Origin: a virus
IMG/VR virus record: IMGVR_UViG_3300022902_000003
Strand: one strand, 5' to 3'
DNA: 30,240 nt
The notes beneath the pieces were generated by a model. It saw nothing but the letters and a program-made list of their open reading frames with translations. It was not told the DNA's origin and made no database searches. Shown piece after piece: positions 24,110 to 30,240 of this stretch. Made by a program: the position numbers and the translations under genes. Position 1 is the first letter of the stretch. Each line of letters opens with the position of its first letter.

Positions 24110-24670
24110 GTGGCATACAAATTACATACAGCTCCCACATCCGAACCGGTAACGGCAAGTGAGGCAAAAGCGCATTTACAAGTTAGCACAAGTGATGACG
24201 ATACCCTCATAGCGGCACTAATAAAAGCGGCTCGCATGCATGTTGAAAGTTACACCAACCGCCAACTCATGCCAGCCACCTGGGAGCTTTATTTAGATGA
24301 ATTTGCGAGCAATGTAATACGCTTGGAAAAATCGCCCAGCGTTGCCATTTCGCATATTAGGTATACCGATACCGACGGTAATGCCGCCACGGCCACCGCC
24401 GGTAATTACGCCATCGACATAGCCACCGAACCCGCCCGCCTGGCACCAACTTACGACGCCGCCTGGCCAAGTACTCGAGCAATTGAAAACGCCGTAATTG
24501 TAAAATTTACCGCGGGGTATGGTAGTGCCGCCCTGGTACCCGATGCCATTAAGTCGGCTATCCTTTTAATCGTCGGTTTTTTATATGAGAACCGCGGCGA
24601 CGAAGGCCACCGTACAATGCCCAAATCGATAAATAATTTATTAGATCCTTACCAAGTAATACAATTTTGA
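24110..24670 (+). CDS. Head-tail connector protein (gp6-like)
   Basis: 186 aa with a GTG start. The pattern is VTASEAKAHLQVSTSDDDTLIAALIKAARMHVESYTNRQL ... AGYG ... VPDAIKSAILLIVGFLYENRGDE. Confidence 0.8.
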   Translation: MAYKLHTAPTSEPVTASEAKAHLQVSTSDDDTLIAALIKAARMHVESYTNRQLMPATWELYLDEFASNVIRLEKSPSVAISHIRYTDTDGNAATATAGNYAIDIATEPARLAPTYDAAWPSTRAIENAVIVKFTAGYGSAALVPDAIKSAILLIVGFLYENRGDEGHRTMPKSINNLLDPYQVIQF

Positions 24671-24673
24671 TTG

Positions 24674-25009
24674 ATGAACAAAAAACCCAACATAGGGCAA
24701 ATGTACTACTCGGTAACAATCCAAAATTTTACCGTGGCCAAAAACGACGATGGCGAACCCATAAAAACATGGGCCACTTTCGCAACTGTTAAGGCCGCCG
24801 TTAATACAACCAGTACCGGCGAGCGTGAGGAAAACGACCGCCAAACCGATGTAAGCGTATTAGAGTTTAGTATTAGAACCCTGGCAAACCTAACCACTAA
24901 AATGCGAATATTACATAACTCACTGTATTACGAAATAACCGGCATTACCCCAGTGGGCCGCCGGTATCAAATTTTAAAAACAATGCTTTCGTTAAAAAGC
25001 ACTTATTAA
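24674..25009 (+). CDS. Head-tail adaptor / head closure protein (gp16-like)
   Basis: 111 aa. It matches the SPP1 gp16-like adaptor in size, position and pattern (VTIQNF...DDGEPIKTWATFATVKAAV...FSIRT...YYEITGI). Confidence 0.65.
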   Translation: MNKKPNIGQMYYSVTIQNFTVAKNDDGEPIKTWATFATVKAAVNTTSTGEREENDRQTDVSVLEFSIRTLANLTTKMRILHNSLYYEITGITPVGRRYQILKTMLSLKSTY

Positions 25010-25013
25010 TAAC

Positions 25014-25550
25014 ATGGTACAAATAACCAGTAGTATACAAGGTTTTGACCAGGCCGTTAGGGCGCTGGATGCGTTACCGGATAAATTCCAAAAGCGCGCC
25101 ATTATGCCAATGTTACGCCGTAGCACTCGCCCAATGATACGCTCGGCCCGGTCCAGGTTATTAGCTTATGGAAGTGCATATAAAAAGTTAGCAAAATCAA
25201 TTGGTAATATTACAGCCAAAAGCCGTAACGCCATTATATACGTTGGCCCCAGGATAAAAGGAAAATGGGGCGCCATTGGATATATAGCCCATTGGGTTGA
25301 ATATGGCACCAGCGGGTTAAAAGGTAAAAGCTCCGGCACACGCTCATGGGCTCGCACCGAAAAAAACGTACAATATGGCTCATGGGTTGGTGGCATAGCA
25401 AAAGGCGGGCGGTACCGTGCCGACCAACCACCAAAGCCATTTATGCGCCCGGCCATCGATGCCGAAAAAAATAACGTGGGTAAACTGGTAACCCAAAATT
25501 TTAGGGATCATTTACAAACCCAAATTAACAGACTACTCAAAAAGGTATGA
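25014..25550 (+). CDS. HK97 gp10-family tail-component protein
   Basis: 178 aa. Position and pattern (ALDALPDKFQKRAIMPMLRRSTRPMIRSARS...) resemble the HK97 gp10 family by eye. Confidence 0.6.
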   Translation: MVQITSSIQGFDQAVRALDALPDKFQKRAIMPMLRRSTRPMIRSARSRLLAYGSAYKKLAKSIGNITAKSRNAIIYVGPRIKGKWGAIGYIAHWVEYGTSGLKGKSSGTRSWARTEKNVQYGSWVGGIAKGGRYRADQPPKPFMRPAIDAEKNNVGKLVTQNFRDHLQTQINRLLKKV

Positions 25551-25936
25551 ACATAGGCAACGCAATATATAATATACTTTCTAACGATGCCACCGTAACC
25601 GGTATCGTAGGTACTAATATATTTCCATTGGCCGCACCCGATGGCACCGATTTACCTTACATAACATATTTTAAATTGTCGCACATACCCAATAAAAATA
25701 AAAGCCGGCAAAAAACTATCGAAACCCTACGCGTACAGATCGACAATTTTGCCATAAGTAATACAACCGTAAGCGCTTTGGCCGATGCCGTTAATAGTGC
25801 ACTATCGTATTACACCGGCACCGTTGAAAGTATAAATATTGACATTATAACTTTTGAGGATGAAAACGATTTGCACGAAACCGATAGTAAAGTTTATAGA
25901 AAAGAACAAGATTATTTAATACGAGTTAAAAATTAG
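25547..25936 (+). CDS. Tail completion / terminator-like protein (DUF3168-like)
   Basis: 129 aa. IYNILSNDATVTGIVGTNIFPLAAPDGTDLPYITY is typical of this family by eye. It has an ATGA overlap with the upstream gene. Confidence 0.6.
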   Translation: MNIGNAIYNILSNDATVTGIVGTNIFPLAAPDGTDLPYITYFKLSHIPNKNKSRQKTIETLRVQIDNFAISNTTVSALADAVNSALSYYTGTVESINIDIITFEDENDLHETDSKVYRKEQDYLIRVKN

Positions 25937-26011
25937 AGGCATGGATACAACGGGATGGAATAAAGGCGGCACTATTGCCGGATAAAAAACTAAAAACTAA
26001 CAACCAAAGAT

Positions 26012-26206
26012 ATGGCACGCAAAAAAAAGATAACAACCAAAGACGGCGCAACCGGTGGCGTAAAAGTTACATTAACTAAAGATTACGTTTACCCCAATGG
26101 TATGATATTACGCGCGGGTAAATCGCCAATTGTAGCCGGTTATTTTGCCGACGAACTAAAGGCCGGCGGGTACCTCGATAAACAACAATCCAACCCAAAA
26201 GACTAG
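26012..26206 (+). CDS. Hypothetical small protein upstream of the major tail gene
   Basis: 64-aa ORF. Its TAG stop lies inside hairpin copy 3. Confidence 0.45.
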   Translation: MARKKKITTKDGATGGVKVTLTKDYVYPNGMILRAGKSPIVAGYFADELKAGGYLDKQQSNPKD

Positions 26207-26226
26207 CGCGCGAATGTTTCGCGGGT
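26201..26226 (+). repeat. Conserved GC-rich hairpin element, copy 3
   Basis: GACTAGCGCGCGAATGTTTCGCGGGT. It has the same core as copies 1 and 2, but a shorter stem because of GGG in place of TGC. Confidence 0.7.
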
Positions 26227-26271
26227 TTAACATTAAACACATTAAACACTAATCAATAAAATAACAAGATC

Positions 26272-26682
26272 ATGGCAACAACTGGAACAATAAACGCAAC
26301 CCTCCTCGCTATTTGGGTGGGTGCCGTTAAAATGGATGTGCAACTAAATTGCGATTTGTCAATTTCACACGACCCCCGCGTATCAATAAATAAAGATTCA
26401 GCCGGATGGGAGGGCACACGCTCGGGTAAAAAGAGTTGGGAAATGAGCGGCGAAAGCGAAATGCAATACGATGCCACCCAAGGTATGGAGGAACTTTTTG
26501 ATGCATTAATAGCCGGCACCGAGCTAACATTACAATTTAGTACCGAGGTAACTGGCGACGTACGCCTAAGTGGCGTGGCCCAGGTTACAAAACTCGATAT
26601 AAGCGCCGGAGTTGAGGAGGATGTAAATTTTTCATACGCTTTTAAAGGTAATGGAGCAATTGCAAAAACAACTGTTTCGTAA
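26272..26682 (+). CDS. Major tail (tube) protein, phi13/TP901-1-like
   Basis: 136 aa. Size, position and pattern (DSAGWEGTRSGKKSWEMSGESEM...FSYAFKGNGAI) match the Phage_tail_2-type tube protein by eye. Confidence 0.75.
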   Translation: MATTGTINATLLAIWVGAVKMDVQLNCDLSISHDPRVSINKDSAGWEGTRSGKKSWEMSGESEMQYDATQGMEELFDALIAGTELTLQFSTEVTGDVRLSGVAQVTKLDISAGVEEDVNFSYAFKGNGAIAKTTVS

Positions 26683-26765
26683 TAATTAGTTAAACAAATT
26701 GGTTGGAACCTGGCACCCCTATACATCGGGGCGCCTTACTCCAGCCTAACCCAAAAATTAAGTAA

Positions 26766-27134
26766 ATGGATACAATTAAAATTGATGGTACAGCGTACCC
26801 CGTAAAATTTGGCCTTTCGGTAATACGAGCCTTTGCCCGTAATAAGGGTTTTATTTCGTTAGATGAATTTGAAGATTGGTATACAAAAGCCGCCGATAAT
26901 AACCTCGAAATGCTCGACGATATTGCAACCCTTTTATTACTTGGTATTAAGCGTGGTTGTAAAAAGGATGGTATTGAGTGCGGTATTGATACCGATGATA
27001 TACTCGATTTGATGCAAGGCGACCCCGCCGAGTTTGCAAAATTACAAACCATTTTGCAAAATTCAGTTGAAAGCGAGGCCGACGAAACACAACCAAACCC
27101 CAAAGCCGAAACCTCCAGCGATGAAAAAAAGTAA
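26766..27134 (+). CDS. Tail assembly chaperone (gpG analogue)
   Basis: 122 aa with an acidic C-terminus. It ends at the slippery site directly upstream of the tape measure gene. Confidence 0.8.
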   Translation: MDTIKIDGTAYPVKFGLSVIRAFARNKGFISLDEFEDWYTKAADNNLEMLDDIATLLLLGIKRGCKKDGIECGIDTDDILDLMQGDPAEFAKLQTILQNSVESEADETQPNPKAETSSDEKK

Positions 27135-27436
27135 TAAGCTGGGCGTGGATTGAGCGGCAAGCGCTTGGCGCGATGGGTATGGCGCTTAAAGATTACGAGG
27201 ATATTACCCTCGCCGCGTTCTTAAATAAGCTGGCCGGCTTTTACGAGCTGGAGCAACAAAAGCAAAAAAATGATTGGCAAAGGTTTGATTACCTGGCGTG
27301 GATGATTGAAATTAACAACCCATATATTAAAGCCAATATGAAGGCAAAAACATTAACAGAATTTCAAAACCGAAAAAAGAAAAAAACAATAAAAAGAAAA
27401 TTAACTAAAAAACAATTTGAGGACTTTATCGAATAA
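26766..27436 (+). CDS. Tail assembly chaperone -1 frameshift fusion product (gpGT analogue)
   Basis: The downstream ORF is in the -1 frame relative to 26766..27134, and there is no stop between the slippery site and 27173. This is the conserved siphovirus arrangement. Confidence 0.7.
27125..27131 (+). promoter_or_regulatory. -1 programmed ribosomal frameshift slippery heptamer A-AAA-AAG
   Basis: The zero-frame reading is GAT GAA AAA AAG TAA. The -1 frame is open from here (KKVISWAWIERQALGAMGMALK...) into ORF 27173..27436. Confidence 0.8.
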
Positions 27437-27472
27437 TTTAATATTTAGAATTTAAAATTTAAAATTTCAATT

Positions 27473-29503
27473 GTGGGCAATTTAGCATCGTTAACATTTA
27501 GGCTTGGAGCAAACATAAAACAGTTTCAAACGAATATGCGTAAGGCTAGTAATACAATTCGTAAAACCGGTGCCGATATGAAACGCATGGGCAAAAGTAT
27601 GAGTTTGTACATGACCGCTCCAATTGTAGCCCTGGGAGCGTTATCGTTAAAAGCCGCTGGCGATGCCGAGGAGGTAAGTAGTAAATTTGACCAGGTTTTT
27701 AGTAATATACAAAGCAAGGCCCGGGCCTCGGCTAACGAGCTCGATAAATCATTTGGGTTGTCCTCCATTGCCGCCAAAAAATTAATGGGCGATACTGGCG
27801 ATTTATTAACCGGCTTTGGTTTTACCCAGGAGGCCGCTCTCGATCTTTCAACTAAAGTTAATAAACTGGCCGTCGATTTGGCGAGTTTTACAAATATTGA
27901 AGGGGGTACCGCAAAGGCAAGCGAGGCATTAACAAAAGCATTATTAGGCGAAAGCGAACAAGCCAAAGCCTTGGGTATTGTAATACGGCAAAACTCGCCC
28001 GAGTACAAAAATTTGGTTGCCGAAAAAATGAAAAGTTTGGGCGTATCTATGCTCCAGGCAAAAGCCCTAACGGCCTTAGAAATTGCCACCAAACAAAGCC
28101 GCAACGCGTGGGGCGATTATGCAAAAACACAAGGTAGTTTTGCAAACCAAAGCCGCGAGCTTACCGAAGATTTAAAAGATTTGGGTATTACATTTGGTAA
28201 GGTATTAATACCTATTGCAAAGTCGTTTATAGAAAAAGCGAGGAGTGTAATAAATGTATTCCAAGGCATGACCGATAGAGGCAAACGTACCATTGTAATA
28301 ATGGCCGGTATTGCCGCCGCCATCGGTCCGGTTATTATAATATTTGGTACAATGCTTACAGTATTACCCGCCATTGGTGCCGCTTTTACGGCCATGCTTG
28401 GCCCCATTGGGTTAGTAATTGCCGCCATCGCCGCCATTGCCGGCGCGTTTGTTTATGTGGTTGGTAACTGGGATGCATTTAAAGAACGGTTAACAAATTG
28501 GGAGTGGCTTAAAAATGCCGCCATCGATGCATTTATAGGTATTATCAAAGTAAGCTCATTTTTTTTAAACGAGTTAACAAAATTATTTGGCGTCGACTTT
28601 GTTGCGCCCGTAGTTAAGGAGCTCGAAAAATTAAAGGGGCCAATACCCGAAATAGAAACCGAGTTTAAAAGCTTTGGCGATACCATTAAGGATATAACGC
28701 GCGATGCCATGCAAGCCATGGGGTTCATGGGTAAATCGGGTACTTGGGCATTTGGCGCCATGAGCTCGGGGGCTAAAGCCTCAACCGATAATATACGGGG
28801 TATCCTCCCACAAATAACAAAAATGAAAACTCGCGTTACTGATTTAAACACCGAGCTAGCAAAAAAACCCGATATATTTACTTTTTTCACAATGCAACTA
28901 CGTAAGGCCGCTGGCGATGCCGCCAAGGAATTTAAAATATATAAGGAGTTTGTTATTAAAAGTTGGGAGCAAACCACGGATAGTATCCAGGCCTCCATGG
29001 TTCAGGGTATTGTTGCCCTGGGCACAACTTTGGGCGAGGCCCTTGGCGATATGATTAGCGGCGTAGATCCTAATTTTGGCGAAAAGGTTGTTGCCGTTAT
29101 TGCCGGCTTTTTAAAACAAATTGGTACCGCACTTATTACTTACGGCGCTTTAATGTTAGCGTTTACGCTATTAAGCTCAAACCCCTGGACCGCCGCCGCG
29201 GCCATTGTTGTGGGTATTGCCGCCATTGCCGCCGCCACGGTATTAACAAACGCAACTAAAAAAGGCCCCACCGGCGCCAAACTTGCCGAGGGTGGTATAA
29301 TACCCCCGGGGTTTAATAACGATACATACCCCGCTTTACTATCCAGCGGCGAGCGGGTAATACCCGCCGCCCTCCCACTTACAGCCGGCGGCTTGGGCGA
29401 GGATGGTATGCATTTTACCGGCACCAGCCGCATAAGCGGTAAAGATTTACTAATTGTATTTGATAAAGCAATGCGCGATCGCACCGCAATACGCGGCCAC
29501 TAA
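27473..29503 (+). CDS. Tape measure protein
   Basis: 676 aa with a GTG start. It is long and helical with central hydrophobic segments (IVIMAGIAAAIGPVIIIFGTMLTVLPAIGAAF...). It lies after the G/GT chaperones. Confidence 0.9.
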   Translation: MGNLASLTFRLGANIKQFQTNMRKASNTIRKTGADMKRMGKSMSLYMTAPIVALGALSLKAAGDAEEVSSKFDQVFSNIQSKARASANELDKSFGLSSIAAKKLMGDTGDLLTGFGFTQEAALDLSTKVNKLAVDLASFTNIEGGTAKASEALTKALLGESEQAKALGIVIRQNSPEYKNLVAEKMKSLGVSMLQAKALTALEIATKQSRNAWGDYAKTQGSFANQSRELTEDLKDLGITFGKVLIPIAKSFIEKARSVINVFQGMTDRGKRTIVIMAGIAAAIGPVIIIFGTMLTVLPAIGAAFTAMLGPIGLVIAAIAAIAGAFVYVVGNWDAFKERLTNWEWLKNAAIDAFIGIIKVSSFFLNELTKLFGVDFVAPVVKELEKLKGPIPEIETEFKSFGDTIKDITRDAMQAMGFMGKSGTWAFGAMSSGAKASTDNIRGILPQITKMKTRVTDLNTELAKKPDIFTFFTMQLRKAAGDAAKEFKIYKEFVIKSWEQTTDSIQASMVQGIVALGTTLGEALGDMISGVDPNFGEKVVAVIAGFLKQIGTALITYGALMLAFTLLSSNPWTAAAAIVVGIAAIAAATVLTNATKKGPTGAKLAEGGIIPPGFNNDTYPALLSSGERVIPAALPLTAGGLGEDGMHFTGTSRISGKDLLIVFDKAMRDRTAIRGH

Positions 29504-29529
29504 AAACTAACGATTAACGATTAAAATAA

Positions 29530-30240
29530 ATGGCAAGTAATATACGATATAGGGCAGACTGGACCAGCGAGGATGGTTATTTATATCGTATTGATTTAAT
29601 TGATATTGATTATAACGATGTAACCAATAGCCTCGAAATTGGTATGGATACCTTTGACGGTTTTACACTCGATTACTCGGGCGAAAACCAAGGGCGGTAT
29701 TCGCCAATATTAGCCAGCGAGTGCGTAATAAATTGCGTGGCCGAAGATGCCGCGTTTGAAACCTTAATCGACGATATAATTGGCGCCCAGGAACAAAGGT
29801 TTTTTGTAGTTATATATTTACATGATGGCGCGAGTTATGAATTATTTTGGTGCGGCCTGGTATTACAAGGGCTAATAAATATTGAAGATACCGCATTGCC
29901 GTACCCATTCCAATTACATGCCGCCGATGGCCTTGGCCGGTTAAAAGATATTGATTACCCAGCCACCGGGGCGCTGGCTCAAACTTTTATTACGTATTTA
30001 GTTACCATACTCGGCCAAACCGATTTACTCCAGTTTTGGGATACATACGATGTATTTTTAAAAACCGCCGTCGACTGGTACGAAGATTCACATTTCGCGG
30101 TATCGCCACCAGCTTATACCCTCGACCCGTTAATAGTTAGCCGTATTTTAAACGATGCATTTATGGAGCTCGACGAGTACGACGATGCCGTGGCAATTTC
30201 GTGCTACGATGTACTTGTACAAGTTTGCACCCGTTGGCAT
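29530..30240 (+). CDS. 5' part of the minor tail / distal tail-host specificity protein gene (continues at 1..1681)
   Basis: ATG at 29530 (MASNIRYRADWTSEDGYLYRIDLIDIDYNDV...). The frame is open to the end of the window and in phase with 2..1681 across the junction. Confidence 0.8.
   Translation, partial: MASNIRYRADWTSEDGYLYRIDLIDIDYNDVTNSLEIGMDTFDGFTLDYSGENQGRYSPILASECVINCVAEDAAFETLIDDIIGAQEQRFFVVIYLHDGASYELFWCGLVLQGLINIEDTALPYPFQLHAADGLGRLKDIDYPATGALAQTFITYLVTILGQTDLLQFWDTYDVFLKTAVDWYEDSHFAVSPPAYTLDPLIVSRILNDAFMELDEYDDAVAISCYDVLVQVCTRWH

Larger units (their letters stand above)
1..30113 (+). mobile_element. Complete temperate siphovirus-like (HK97-type) phage genome unit, circularly closed assembly
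   Basis: The 127-bp ends are identical and one ORF is continuous across the junction. Integration, lysogeny, replication, packaging, head, tail and lysis modules are all present. Confidence 0.85.

Noticed and set aside
26712-26735. The GGCACCCC...GGGGCGCC hairpin after the tube gene read as a terminator.
   Set aside because: The stem has a mismatch and only 4-6 contiguous pairs, and no T-run follows. That is too weak to call from sequence alone.
1-30240. Apparent excess of the palindromes GAGCTC and CTCGAG. I noted at least about 13 and 10 occurrences by eye, against roughly 4-5 expected.
   Set aside because: They almost always fall on Glu-Leu or Leu-Glu codon pairs (GAG CTC, CTC GAG) in the genome's preferred codon style. 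This is more likely a codon-pair by-product than a functional site or restriction-related signal. A proper k-mer test with codon-shuffled controls would settle it.

Overview
The window is a complete, circularly closed temperate tailed-phage genome of about 30,113 bp. Bases 1..127 are identical to 30114..30240, and one gene reads in frame across that junction. Almost all genes are on the + strand. In order they are: distal tail and fibre genes (29530..wrap..4455); a lysis cassette (4648..6549); an attP-like region with a tyrosine integrase (6550..7974); a minus-strand lysogeny block with a signal-peptide protein, a Cys-rich small protein and a CI-like repressor (7969..9040); and an early/replication module (9117..12768) with a membrane-anchored LuxR-type regulator, small HTH proteins, a DnaA-domain-IV-like protein and a replication organizer that carries internal iterons. 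Next comes an HNH / TerS(P27) / TerL / HK97-type portal, protease and capsid module, then connector, tail tube, G/GT frameshift chaperone and tape-measure genes (12774..29503). A Bacteroidota host is likely. The evidence is the Arm-type N-terminus of the integrase, TTG-N20-TAnnTTTG promoter-like motifs, the lack of Shine-Dalgarno sequences and the MK-hydrophobic-GQ signal peptides. This host call is inference only. The packaging module is interrupted three times: (i) by a second, XerD-like recombinase with an adjacent lox-like inverted repeat; (ii) by a ~2.9-kb glycosyltransferase / SAM-methyltransferase / GT9-like cassette between terS and terL, which is the best candidate for an undescribed virion- or late-stage glycosylation system; and (iii) by two unknown ORFs ending in a conserved GC-rich hairpin that recurs at two other late-operon boundaries. 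All functional calls rest on motif recognition by eye and on synteny. No database search was run.
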